Positions 41,743-51,770 of a stretch of 64,000 nt of DNA are shown here, in pieces (position 1 is the first letter of the stretch; every line of letters begins with the position of its first letter). The notes under the pieces were generated by a model. That model did no database searches and had not been told where the DNA came from. It saw nothing but the letters and a program-made list of their open reading frames with translations. A program made the position numbers and the translations under genes. Origin of the DNA: Candidatus Udaeobacter sp. (GTDB lineage: Bacteria > Patescibacteriota > Patescibacteriia > Magasanikbacterales > GWA2-37-8); NCBI GenBank assembly GCA_035473115.1, contig DATION010000005.1, positions 86,339 through 150,338 of the forward strand, in the 5' to 3' direction.

Positions 41743-44700
41743 TTATTTAACTGGTAATGTTTTTCTGGATCGGCGACCTTTTATAAAATCAACCAAAAGA
41801 GCTATGCCAAAAATTATAATGATTAGCATCTTCCAATCAATAAATGTTTTGTACCACTGCCTAATTTCTATCATCTCAATATTAAAATGAACTCCTGCTC
41901 CTTCTTTAACATCAAACTGATCACTCTTATAGGATTTATACCCTTTGGCTTCGGCAGTTATATAATACTTACCCGGCGGAACTAAAAATGAATATTTGCC
42001 GGTATTGTCGGTAATTTGCGGATTGGTTTGGTGATATTTTGCCGCATCCCAAAGAGACGGAGAGTCATTTATAATATTAACTAACGACACCTTAACATTA
42101 TCCAATCTAACCTCTTTGCCTTGAGGATTTTTTTCATAAACATAGCCTTCGGGATCAACTACTGTAATCATTCGCAATTCCTTTGATCCTTTCTCTTTAT
42201 CTTTATAATTTATAACCGTAAGTACTTCATATTCTCCTTCTACTTCTGGCGCAGGAATTTCCGCTGTAAATATTCCATCATGATCCGGATCGGTATATTC
42301 AAATGAAAGAACGAGCAACTCCTGTTCGACTGTCGTTGTCGCCGGCAAAGTTTGCGCTATAGCAGCCTTAACAAAAAGTGCCTTGGCAACTAAAGAATTA
42401 ACCGGGACTTCCAATGCTGTCTTTTCCGGTTTGCGTTTAAAAAGCAGATAACCTTTAATACTTTCGGCAGGGCTTTCCGGCTTTACAGACAGAACAATAG
42501 GCTTACCGGCAATTGTTTCTATTTTTTGTTCTATCTCTCCTTTGGAAGTTAAAGCGATAGACGAGCTTAGAGGAATAAGCCCTTGGCTTCCTTCTGCCAC
42601 CAAAACTTCCGGAGGAATTTTTTCTTTTTCAGTAAATACAGGCAGATTAATACTTGTGTTCTTTAATTTATCCAAGTCACTTATTTTTGTAATTCCAAGA
42701 TTGGCAAAGACTTTGCCGAGCTCCGGAAACTCCGTAGTTAATTTTAAAATATTACTTGGCAACGGAGCAAGAGAAAAATTATAAGCTGTGCTGCTTGATA
42801 GCAGATTCCAGCTTCCTTCCAAAGCTTGCGGCGGTTCCTCTTTGACTACGGGAATTACGGGCTGTTCTAATTCCGGTTTAGGTTCGGGAATTTTAATAAT
42901 ACTACGAATTAAATTTCCAATAAAACCTGTCTTTGTGTTTTGTGGCGGCAGCTGAGGCAGAGAGGAAGAATACACTACTTTGGAAGTGAGTGTTTCTCCA
43001 CAGCGAGAATATTGATTACAGAATTTTACATAAAATGTTTTTTCTCCTACTCCGCCTTGAAGAACCCAGTTAACAGAATCTACATAATCAATATAGGCTG
43101 CCGGAACAAACAAAGAATTATCAGAAATTTCTATTTTCGTAGCATCCTGTCCTCCTCCAAAATGGAAGGTAACCAAGCCATTTGTCGTTGGATTTGGAGT
43201 TATATAAAATATATATCCGCCTTCGGGAGCGCGCGGCGACGGCGGAGTAAATCCGCCACTTCCTCCGCCAACCGACGATGGGGTTGAAACAGGACAAGCC
43301 GCAGTAGTAAATGTCTGATCGCTGCCATATCCTATGCCCGCGCTGTTTCTGGCATAGCTTCGGAAGTGATACTGGGTATCACAAATTAAGGCTGAAAGCG
43401 AAGCGCTAAAAGATCCTGCGCTGTGCGAACCAGATTCGGTTGTGGTTGCATCATAGGCAATAGTATGTCCCCATTCAAATCCGCGAACACTGGCATTTTC
43501 ACCGCCAGTACCATCAATTGAGCCATTTAAAGTGGCAGCTGAATCTGTGACTCCAGACGCAGCCGAAGTAGTTAGAACAGGTGTAGAGGTAGGCAAGGTT
43601 GTAGTTGATTGAATTGATCCATATCCTATTCCAGTTGAGTTTATGGCATAGGCTCGGAAATAATAAGTCGTACTTGGTGAAAGACCGGTAATGCCTTCGC
43701 TAAATGAAGCTGTTCCAGATTGCGCTCCAAGAGTGGAAGTCGCGATTGTTGTGGCTAGTGTAGGTGAGGTTCCATAGGCAAAACCGGATTGGGTCGCATC
43801 AGCTCCGCCAGTGGCAGTAATAGAACCATTTAATGTCAAAGTCGAAGCAGTAACAGAAGAAGCTGGAGAAGTAGTAACTGTCGGCACACAGGCGCTGGTA
43901 GTAAAGGTTACATCAGACCCATACGAAGTGCTTACTGGGTTAGTGGCGTAAGCATTTACATGATAAAGGGTGTTGCAAGTAAGCGAAGTGATTGAACCGG
44001 TAAACGCCCCTGTTGAAAAAGAACCACTTTCAGTTGTGGTTGATCCATAAGAAATACTGGTGCCATAAACAAAACCACGCACAGTCACATTGGCTCCGCC
44101 AGTGGCAGTAATATTTCCATTGCCCGTTGCGGCAGTCGCAGCAATCGCTGAAACTGATTGAGTGGTAACAGTTGGACTGATTGAAATTGTAATAGATAAA
44201 CTTCCCGAATCAGTAGAAGTATTGGCAGCCGCATCAACTTGGAAAGCTTTTATTGAGTGCGAACCTTGCGAGAGCGCGGATGAAGTAACCGTCACTATAC
44301 TGGAAGCACAAGTGCCTGTACCCAAAACAGTGGAGCTTTCTGCCAGAGAAACAGTTGCTCCGCTTTCACAAGAGATAACAAAACTAGGTGTTGTATTAGA
44401 AGTAATATCATCAGTTGAAGATGAGCCGTTATCAGTGCTGGTTGTCATATTAGGAGTGCCCGGGGCTGAAGGCGCGGCAGTATCAATGGTAAAAGCAGTG
44501 ACAGAAAGAGGTGTGGATGTATTGCCCGTAGTGTCGGTAACACTAATCGTACAGTTAGAATGAGTACCATCAGAGAGGGAAGCAAATGTAATTGTGCTTG
44601 TGCCGGCTGAAGTGGAAGTTGTGACGCTGCTGCAGTCACCTCCATAAGTAATTGTCCCGGCTTCGTTTGTATTAAAAATATAATTTGGAGTACTATCATT

Positions 44701-46383
44701 TGTTGGAGTAGTAACCGGAGTAACTTCAGAAACAGTTGGCGGCGTGTTATCAAATGTAACAGCAGTGCTTGTTACTGGATTAGCCAAATTTCCGAAAGCA
44801 TCCTGTCCAGCCAAAACAAAAGTGTACACTGCGCCAGAAACTAAATTTGAAACATCAGCAGTACAACTATTGGTCGTGTCGGAAAGATTTATGGTATGAG
44901 AACCAACATTTAGAGCAGTGCCTTTCAGTACACAGACATGTGGTGAGTTTGAATCGGTTGTGCCAGAAGTGCGGGTGATGGTAGTTGTTCCACTTGCCAA
45001 TGCTTCATCAGTAGTGAAGGTAATTGCTGAAGATGAGGTAACATTTCTGATAAAACTTGAAGAAGCTGGTGTAAAAGCAGAAAAAATCGGAGAAGTTGTA
45101 TCTGTCAACTCAGCGCCAACCGTATAAAAAGTTGATGGTGAATTTTGGTTATTATACTCAGTAGCAATCCAATCAGAGCTGCGCGCAAAATTTGAAATTC
45201 TAAACTCATCCAAACTGCCTGTAAATGGATCGGTAACTCCGGCGCTGGTAAAAGCGCCTAAGGCAGCAGGGTCGGTAAAAAAAGTAAAGGTATTTGCGTT
45301 ATTAACATTGGTTGACGAAGCTACCACAACTCCATCTACATATAGAAAAGCGGATGTTCCAGTAACAGTACCTTCAAGCAAATGGAAATTCCCATCGGCT
45401 ATTGAAGTAGCGCTTTTGATTATGGAAAAAGCATTGGAACCATCTCGATAGCTGAACGCTGGTTTTCCATCATTTGCGTCTCCAGCGCTAGCATCTCCAC
45501 CTATCATAAATGTTGCTTGAGAGGAGTTTGAGACTCGATATAAAGCCATTGCCCGCTGCTCATGAGTATTAGTTGTAGAAATCCAAAGAGCGTAAGTTGC
45601 TTGATTAGTAAGTCCAAAACTATTTGAAGCTGGCAAATCAATATAAGTAGCTGATCCGGCTGAAGTTGCAGCAGCACCATCAAAACGCGCGCCGCCATCT
45701 ATTTTTCCGGCAACAGGTAAGCTGTTATGATTAGTAGCATTTTTGGCGTTACTAGTAGAATCATTTGTAGTTAAAGCTGTGCCGTTTGGCAAATGATATA
45801 CTGCTTTGTAGCCACTATCCCAAACCAAAGTTGAAGAAGATTGGTCCGTGCTAATACTTGAATTACCATAACATAAATAGAAAACCGTATCAGAAGTATG
45901 AGAAAGAGAGCTAACTTTTACCCAATAACTAACTGCTCCGGTTGTAGATGTATAGGTCTCTGTTTCCCAAGACATCTTATTAGTGGTGCTGCAATCGCTG
46001 CTTGTAAAAAATCCAATATCATAACCGGAAGAATTTCTCACCAGCCCACCATTGGCGGTAGTTTTCAGATAGGTATACGTACCGCTGACTAAAACTGGGA
46101 AATTAGACTGATCGGTATTTGGTACCTTGGTGTGGTCGATAGTTATGGAACGAGAATAAAAGAAGCCATTGCCAAAAGCTTTAACTTGACCAGGTCCGAT
46201 TATAAACAGACTAAGTGCCAGCTGTGTAAAAAATAAAATAACTATGGAAACAGAAAAATGTTTTTTAGATATAAAAAAGTACCATATAAAAATAAAGGTA
46301 TGATATATTTTTTTTAAAAATACAAAAATTGAAGAGCGCCACCTGCTCTTTTTTTCGATTCCACTCCTAAAATTTAAAGCCAT
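41743..46383 (-). CDS. Large Ser/Thr-rich surface protein (DUF2341-like, LamG, Ig/FN3-like repeats, C-terminal TM)
   Basis: NFPVLV...WVKV, LDEFRISN.ARSSDWI, repeated YHFRSYA.N..G.YG units. Confidence 0.8.
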   Translation of the reverse strand: MALNFRSGIEKKSRWRSSIFVFLKKIYHTFIFIWYFFISKKHFSVSIVILFFTQLALSLFIIGPGQVKAFGNGFFYSRSITIDHTKVPNTDQSNFPVLVSGTYTYLKTTANGGLVRNSSGYDIGFFTSSDCSTTNKMSWETETYTSTTGAVSYWVKVSSLSHTSDTVFYLCYGNSSISTDQSSSTLVWDSGYKAVYHLPNGTALTTNDSTSNAKNATNHNSLPVAGKIDGGARFDGAAATSAGSATYIDLPASNSFGLTNQATYALWISTTNTHEQRAMALYRVSNSSQATFMIGGDASAGDANDGKPAFSYRDGSNAFSIIKSATSIADGNFHLLEGTVTGTSAFLYVDGVVVASSTNVNNANTFTFFTDPAALGAFTSAGVTDPFTGSLDEFRISNFARSSDWIATEYNNQNSPSTFYTVGAELTDTTSPIFSAFTPASSSFIRNVTSSSAITFTTDEALASGTTTITRTSGTTDSNSPHVCVLKGTALNVGSHTINLSDTTNSCTADVSNLVSGAVYTFVLAGQDAFGNLANPVTSTAVTFDNTPPTVSEVTPVTTPTNDSTPNYIFNTNEAGTITYGGDCSSVTTSTSAGTSTITFASLSDGTHSNCTISVTDTTGNTSTPLSVTAFTIDTAAPSAPGTPNMTTSTDNGSSSTDDITSNTTPSFVISCESGATVSLAESSTVLGTGTCASSIVTVTSSALSQGSHSIKAFQVDAAANTSTDSGSLSITISISPTVTTQSVSAIAATAATGNGNITATGGANVTVRGFVYGTSISYGSTTTESGSFSTGAFTGSITSLTCNTLYHVNAYATNPVSTSYGSDVTFTTSACVPTVTTSPASSVTASTLTLNGSITATGGADATQSGFAYGTSPTLATTIATSTLGAQSGTASFSEGITGLSPSTTYYFRAYAINSTGIGYGSIQSTTTLPTSTPVLTTSAASGVTDSAATLNGSIDGTGGENASVRGFEWGHTIAYDATTTESGSHSAGSFSASLSALICDTQYHFRSYARNSAGIGYGSDQTFTTAACPVSTPSSVGGGSGGFTPPSPRAPEGGYIFYITPNPTTNGLVTFHFGGGQDATKIEISDNSLFVPAAYIDYVDSVNWVLQGGVGEKTFYVKFCNQYSRCGETLTSKVVYSSSLPQLPPQNTKTGFIGNLIRSIIKIPEPKPELEQPVIPVVKEEPPQALEGSWNLLSSSTAYNFSLAPLPSNILKLTTEFPELGKVFANLGITKISDLDKLKNTSINLPVFTEKEKIPPEVLVAEGSQGLIPLSSSIALTSKGEIEQKIETIAGKPIVLSVKPESPAESIKGYLLFKRKPEKTALEVPVNSLVAKALFVKAAIAQTLPATTTVEQELLVLSFEYTDPDHDGIFTAEIPAPEVEGEYEVLTVINYKDKEKGSKELRMITVVDPEGYVYEKNPQGKEVRLDNVKVSLVNIINDSPSLWDAAKYHQTNPQITDNTGKYSFLVPPGKYYITAEAKGYKSYKSDQFDVKEGAGVHFNIEMIEIRQWYKTFIDWKMLIIIIFGIALLVDFIKGRRSRKTLPVK

Positions 46384-46520
46384 ACATTCAAACTATCCTA
46401 CGGATAGGATAACATCATTTGCATAGTCAGGCTAAATGATCTCTGACCTGCTTAAAATTATACCACATAATAAAAGAACAAAAAAATAACCCCGCTAATT
46501 TGGAGTTATTTTTTATTAAG

Positions 46521-46604
46521 TGGTGCCCAGGGCGGGACTCGAACCCGCATGACCGAAGTCGCAGGATTTTAAGTCCTGTGCGGCTACCATTACGCCACCT
46601 GGGC
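46521..46604 (-). tRNA. tRNA-Leu(TAA)
   Basis: GCCCAGG acceptor, loop CT-TAA-AA, encoded CCA. Confidence 0.95.
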
Positions 46605-46654
46605 GTTAAAAGGTAAAAAAATATTATCATTATTGCCAAAAAAAATCAACCCCC

Positions 46655-47200
46655 TTAAACAATTATCTCTTCCTGTTTGTCTCTATAGTTTTCTCGCCGA
46701 GCGGCGGCAAACAAAAAATCACTCAGACGATTTAAATAAATATAAAGCTCCAAACGCAAGCTAAGATTCTGTCCGACCGCTACTAATTTTCTTTCCACTC
46801 GCCGGCAGACCACTCGCGCCAAATGCAAATTAGCTCCAGCGGCCGCACCGCCCGGCAGGATAAAATTTTTTAACTCAGGTAATTCCTGCCAAAACTCATC
46901 AATCAATTTTTCCATCTCTTCCACTCGGCTAAAATTTAATTTCGCTATTTTTTCTTGTACTGCCAGTGGCGCTTGCAAAGCAGCCAGTTCGGCGCCAAAT
47001 TTAAATAAATCGCGTTGAATATCTTGCAAAAATAATTTTAATTTTTCTTCTTTGATAAATAAAATCGATACGCCCAAAAAAGCGTTTAGTTCATCTACTT
47101 CGCCGATCAACTCTATTTCCAGACTATTTTTACTAACTCTTTTACCACCCAACAAACCAGTCTCTCCTTTATCTCCGGTTTTGGTATAAATTTTTATCAT
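46655..47200 (-). CDS. PduO-type cob(I)alamin adenosyltransferase
   Basis: IYTKTGDKGET, DELNA, R.VCRRVER and YLNRLSD motifs. Confidence 0.95.
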   Translation of the reverse strand: MIKIYTKTGDKGETGLLGGKRVSKNSLEIELIGEVDELNAFLGVSILFIKEEKLKLFLQDIQRDLFKFGAELAALQAPLAVQEKIAKLNFSRVEEMEKLIDEFWQELPELKNFILPGGAAAGANLHLARVVCRRVERKLVAVGQNLSLRLELYIYLNRLSDFLFAAARRENYRDKQEEIIV

Positions 47201-47280
47201 ACTACAACTATTTTATTTTTTGTCTCTAGCAATTATAAAGGGTGAGAATCAACTCACCCTTTATCTCTGCAATGTTACTT

Positions 47281-50200
47281 TTAGCTGCAACCGGTAGTGC
47301 TGCCGCAGTTTAAACATTTATAACAACTGCCGCTGCGAATCGTGATATGGCCACAAGTTCCGCAAGCCGGCGCGTCACCCATCATACTGGACAACTGTTT
47401 GCCAACTGCATCGGCGCTGACATCTTTGCCTGATTCTATTTTTGGCATATTAGGCAAACTGGTTTGAGTCTCAATTTTTTTTTCTACTTGATCTCCCAAA
47501 GGCATCACATTTTGCCCGCTAGCTTTGGCTGCCATCTGATCAACTTGTTCAGCTTTATTTTTTTGAATACCCATTGGCTTTACTTGCACAAAATCTGTCC
47601 GACCTAAATATTCCATTCCCAGTACTCGGAAAACAAAATCAATAATGGATGTGCATAATTTAACATTTGGATGATCAGTCATGCCGCTTGGTTCAAAGCG
47701 AGTAAAAGTAAACTTTTCAACATATTCTTCTAAAGGCACACCATACTGTAAACCGGTAGAGATAGAAATAGCAAATAAGTTTAGCATGCTGCGGAAAGCG
47801 GCGCCTTCTTTGTGCATATCAATAAATATTTCACCCAGTTTTCCATCCGGATATTCACCCGCTCGCAAAAATACGCTCTGTCCGGCCACTTTTGTTTTAA
47901 TGGTAATGCCACTGCGCTTGTACGGCAATTTGCGCTGCTCGCCATGCACATAGATACGGTTGCCATTATCTGATCCATCGTGGTTATACTTCATTACTGC
48001 CCGGCCATCATCCACTAATTGGTTTACGACTGTTTCATTTTTCGTTGATAAGCTATAACCCTTGGTAATTTCTTCTTTGGCTGTGGCCACTGCGGAATCA
48101 ATTTTATTTTCCACAACTTCTTTCTCTGTTGATTTAGCTTCCGTCTTGTCTTCTTTTTTCTTATCTGATTTTGCCGACAATGGCTGTGATAATTTACTGC
48201 CATCACGATACAGAGCCATGGCTTTGAGAGCTAATTTCCAAGAAGCGACATAGGCTGTCTTTACATCTTCTAAAGTCGCTTCATTTGGCATGTTGATAGT
48301 TTTGGAAATAGCGCCAGATAAAAATGGCTGCACTGCGGCCATCATGCGAATATGTCCCAAGAAATGAATATAGCGCTGGCCTTTCTTGCCGTTTTTATTA
48401 GCAGTATCAAACACTGCATAATGTTCCTTGCGCAGATGCGGCGCGCCTTCGATGGTCATTGCTCCGCAAACAAATTCATTGGCTGCCAAAATTTCTTCAT
48501 TGTTAAAACCAAGAGCAGATAACAGATTAAAGTTTGGATCATTATACTGTTCACTAGAAAAACCTAGACGAGTTAAACAGTCTTCACCCAAAGTCCAAAC
48601 ATTAAATGCAAAGGCCAATTCAAAAACTTTAGACAGCGCTTTTTCCACTTTATCCAAATCTTCGGCAGTGAACCCTTTGGTCTGCAAAGTTTGATGATTG
48701 ATATATGGCGCGTTTTTTAAGGTTGCATGACCGCGTAAATAATTAATAATGTCATTAATTTGAGTTTCAGTATAACCCATTACTCTTAAAGCTACCGGCA
48801 CAGCTTCATTAACAATTTTGAAGTAACCGCCACCAGCTAATTTTTTGAATTTTACCAAAGCAAAATCCGGTTCAACTCCGGTAGTAGCGCAATCCATCAA
48901 TAAACCAATCGTACCAGTAGGAGCTAGTAGTGTAGTTTGAGCATTGCGATAGCCGTACTGTTCTCCCATTTCCAAAGCTTTATTCCAGCTTTCGCGAGCA
49001 GCCACCAGTAAATAGGCCGGCACAAATTCTGGATTAATTCCCATTGGTTTGACTGCCAAACCTTCATACTCTTCATCATCGGCATTGAATGCAGCCCGGC
49101 GATGGTTACGCATGACTCGCAACATATCTTCACGGTTTTTAGAGTACTCAGCAAACGCACCTAAAAACTTAGCCATTTCAGCTGAAGTGGCATAAGATTC
49201 TGCAGTCATAATAGCAGTAATAGTAGCCGCAAAAGCCATTGCTTCCGGAGAATCATAAGGAATACCAGCGGTCATCAGCACACTGCCGATGTTGGCGTAA
49301 CCTAACCCTAAAGTGCGGAAGAGATAACTGTTCTGAGCAATTTCCGGACTAGGAAATTGAGCCATCAAAATACTAATTTCTAAAACAACAGTCCAAACTC
49401 TGGTAGTGTATTTGAAATCTTCAACATCAAAACTTAAATTTTCCGTATCATAATAATGTCCGAGATTTATAGAAGCCAAATTGCAGGCAGTATCATCTAA
49501 GAACATATACTCACTGCAAGGATTGGAGGCATTAATGCTGCCAGATTTTGGACAAGTATGCCAATCATTTATATTGGTATCAAACTGCACGCCCGGATCA
49601 GCGCAAGCCCAAGCCGCGCTGGCAATTTTATCCCACAAATATTTAGCTGGCACAGTTTTAATTATTTTTCCATCTTTACGGCCAGTGAGATTCCAATCTT
49701 TGTTATTTTCTACCGCTTCTAAATAACTTTGAGTAACACGAATAGAATTGTTGGAATTTTGTCCGGAAACTGTTTGGTAGGCTTCGCCTTCATAACTAGA
49801 TTCATAACCAGCCGCAATTAAAGCAGCCACTTTTCTTTCTTCTTTTACTTTCCAATCAATAAATTCTTCGATATCCGGATGGTCAACATTTAATACCACC
49901 ATCTTGGCCGCGCGACGAGTTGTACCGCCTGATTTGATGGCGCCGGCAGCGCGATCACCAATTCTTAACCAACTCATTAAACCAGAAGAAGTGCCGCCGC
50001 CGGAAAGTTTTTCACCAGCCCCGCGTAAGTTAGAAAAATTAGTGCCAGTACCGCTGCCATATTTAAATAATCTGGCTTCACGAACCCATAAATCCATAAT
50101 ACCGCCTGTGTTTACCAAATCATCTTTAACAGACTGGATAAAACAGGCGTGCGGCTGCGGATGAGAATAAGAGTCGGTGGCCGCAGTTAAGACTCCGTTA

Positions 50201-50757
50201 TCCGGATTAACATAATAATGACCTTGAGAAGGACCGTTAATGCCATAAGCCCAGTACAGACCGGTATTAAACCACTGCGGAGAGTTTGGGGCCACGCGTT
50301 GAGAAATTAACATGAAAACTAATTCATCATAAAAAACTTGCGCGTCTTGAGCACTGGCAAAATAACCATATTTTTCTCCCCAATAACGCCAGGTACCGGC
50401 CAAACGATGAGCTACTTGCTTCATACTGTGTTCCGGACCAAGCACCGGCTTGCCGTCAGCGGTAAGCTGCGGAGTGCCGTCGGCATTGTATTGAGGTACG
50501 CCGGCTTTGCGGAAATATTTTTGCGCCAAAATATCGGTGGCCACCTGAGTCCAAGTGTTAGGCACTTCAACTTCTTTCATTTCGAACACAATCTTACCAT
50601 TTGGTTCGCGAATTACCGATGAACGCAGTTCATAGATAAACATATCAAACGGACTAACACCTTCTTTAGTAAAAAGCCTAGAAAAACGCAACCCTTCCGG
50701 AGAGTATTTAAAATTATTGTCTAAGATAAATGTCTTGGTTGCAAGGGCGGTGTTCAT
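47281..50757 (-). CDS. nrdJ: Adenosylcobalamin-dependent class II ribonucleotide reductase
   Basis: PNSPQWFNTG, ACFI, NPCSE, APTGTI, SGAISKT and C-terminal CxxC..CxxC. Confidence 0.96.
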   Translation of the reverse strand: MNTALATKTFILDNNFKYSPEGLRFSRLFTKEGVSPFDMFIYELRSSVIREPNGKIVFEMKEVEVPNTWTQVATDILAQKYFRKAGVPQYNADGTPQLTADGKPVLGPEHSMKQVAHRLAGTWRYWGEKYGYFASAQDAQVFYDELVFMLISQRVAPNSPQWFNTGLYWAYGINGPSQGHYYVNPDNGVLTAATDSYSHPQPHACFIQSVKDDLVNTGGIMDLWVREARLFKYGSGTGTNFSNLRGAGEKLSGGGTSSGLMSWLRIGDRAAGAIKSGGTTRRAAKMVVLNVDHPDIEEFIDWKVKEERKVAALIAAGYESSYEGEAYQTVSGQNSNNSIRVTQSYLEAVENNKDWNLTGRKDGKIIKTVPAKYLWDKIASAAWACADPGVQFDTNINDWHTCPKSGSINASNPCSEYMFLDDTACNLASINLGHYYDTENLSFDVEDFKYTTRVWTVVLEISILMAQFPSPEIAQNSYLFRTLGLGYANIGSVLMTAGIPYDSPEAMAFAATITAIMTAESYATSAEMAKFLGAFAEYSKNREDMLRVMRNHRRAAFNADDEEYEGLAVKPMGINPEFVPAYLLVAARESWNKALEMGEQYGYRNAQTTLLAPTGTIGLLMDCATTGVEPDFALVKFKKLAGGGYFKIVNEAVPVALRVMGYTETQINDIINYLRGHATLKNAPYINHQTLQTKGFTAEDLDKVEKALSKVFELAFAFNVWTLGEDCLTRLGFSSEQYNDPNFNLLSALGFNNEEILAANEFVCGAMTIEGAPHLRKEHYAVFDTANKNGKKGQRYIHFLGHIRMMAAVQPFLSGAISKTINMPNEATLEDVKTAYVASWKLALKAMALYRDGSKLSQPLSAKSDKKKEDKTEAKSTEKEVVENKIDSAVATAKEEITKGYSLSTKNETVVNQLVDDGRAVMKYNHDGSDNGNRIYVHGEQRKLPYKRSGITIKTKVAGQSVFLRAGEYPDGKLGEIFIDMHKEGAAFRSMLNLFAISISTGLQYGVPLEEYVEKFTFTRFEPSGMTDHPNVKLCTSIIDFVFRVLGMEYLGRTDFVQVKPMGIQKNKAEQVDQMAAKASGQNVMPLGDQVEKKIETQTSLPNMPKIESGKDVSADAVGKQLSSMMGDAPACGTCGHITIRSGSCYKCLNCGSTTGCS

Positions 50758-50898
50758 ATTCGAATTGAATTAAATAAAATTAACTTAATTTACCTTAATT
50801 AGCTTTTTTGCTTCTTAATTTATGAGATCCCGCTAAGCGGGACGAGTTAATGAGAGTATTTCCCCTTTAGCCTATATCGTAGTATAAATTACTTTTAA

Positions 50899-50914
50899 CC
50901 ACAAGATATAGTAA
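50899..50914. promoter_or_regulatory. Putative NrdR box
   Basis: ccaCAAGATATAGtaa resembles acaCwAtATaTwGtgt upstream of nrdJ; the usual second box is unclear. Confidence 0.45.
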
Positions 50915-50931
50915 AAAAGAGGGCAAAAGAC

Positions 50932-51021
50932 ATTATACCACTTCTAAAAAAATTACGCCAAATGGCCCGGTTTTGCTTTAAATAAAAGAAAAAAAAGTAA
51001 GGATGTTTAGTTATCCACACC
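50932..51021 (-). repeat. Direct repeat copy 1 (promoter plus DnaA box)
   Basis: 65 identical bp, 10-bp divergent block, 15 identical bp versus 51953-52042; contains minus-strand TTGGCG-18-TATAAT and TTATCCACA. Confidence 0.92.
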
Positions 51022-51274
51022 TAGTTTTTTTGAAAGCATAACGCTATAAATAACAAAAAAATAATCGAGCCTAAAATTAATTCTATTATACTTAAATTTA
51101 TCCCCACTTAATCCACTTGTTAGAATTCACGCCGGCTGGTATAATTATTTTACTAAAGGAGAACTTCAAAAAATTATAAATTGGGTCAAATCTAGGTGCC
51201 ATGTTAGCCAGATTTAAAAATGAAATATTCAGCATTTAATACTAAGGGTGTTTTTTTGTTGTCTATAAACTATA

Positions 51275-51303
51275 TTGACAGAAAAAGATATAACTGCTAA
51301 GAT
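51275..51303 (+). promoter_or_regulatory. Sigma70 promoter antisense to the RNA cassette
   Basis: TTGACA-17 bp-TAAGAT with no plus-strand gene downstream before ruvB. Confidence 0.6.
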
Positions 51304-51354
51304 GCCGCCTTACTTAAAAGTAATAAAAAACCCGTATTTAGTAAGCAAAGTTTG

Positions 51355-51456
51355 TACCCCCGCCGGGACTTGAACCCGGATCGTATCTTCAGAAAGATAG
51401 GCTGTCACGCTTCGGATTACAAATCCGATGTTCTATCCAAATTGAACTACGAGGGC
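51355..51456 (-). tRNA. Atypical tRNA-Thr(TGT) with 32-nt variable region
   Basis: GCCCTCG/CGGGGGT acceptor, GTTC/GAAC D stem, TCGGA-TT-TGT-AA-TCCGA anticodon arm, CCGGG-TTCAAGT-CCCGG T arm. Confidence 0.75.
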
Positions 51457-51520
51457 ACAAATACTGCTTACTAAGCACAGGTACTAAAAAACCAGTGTTT
51501 AAAAAACAGTTATTTTCTCG

Positions 51521-51763
51521 AAAGGTAGCTGTAAGGTTTCACACCTACAGGATCAAGCGTTAGCGCGCTTGGTTCTTTTTTTTACGTGGGAAGAAACGAA
51601 ACCACTTGCTTTTGGCGAATACGAGTTTACCGTTGCGTTTTACCGCATTACAAATAATTGAACCGTCTTCTGCTTGAAAGCAGAACTGATGCGTAAGCAT
51701 AGTTTAGGGATTCTCCTTTCTGGGCAATACAGCCACAATTGAATTTTCCCTACAGCTACCTTT
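51521..51763 (-). ncRNA. Structured RNA unit with tRNA-like ends enclosing a small ORF
   Basis: 5' GGTAGCTGTAGGG pairs with 3' CCTTACAGCTACC; T-arm-like GTAGG-TGTGAAA-CCTTAC. Confidence 0.55.
51560..51700 (-). CDS. 46-aa basic microprotein (MLTHQFCFQAEDGSIICNAVKRNGKLVFAKSKWFRFFPRKKKNQAR)
   Basis: AGAAAGGAG RBS 12 nt upstream; intact ATG..TAA frame. Confidence 0.6.
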   Translation of the reverse strand: MLTHQFCFQAEDGSIICNAVKRNGKLVFAKSKWFRFFPRKKKNQAR

Positions 51764-51770
51764 TAAAAAA

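Noticed and set aside
51521-51763. Canonical tmRNA
   Set aside because: No G3-U70 pair, no TTC T-loop or CCA, too short, and the ORF has its own RBS and ATG without a degradation tag
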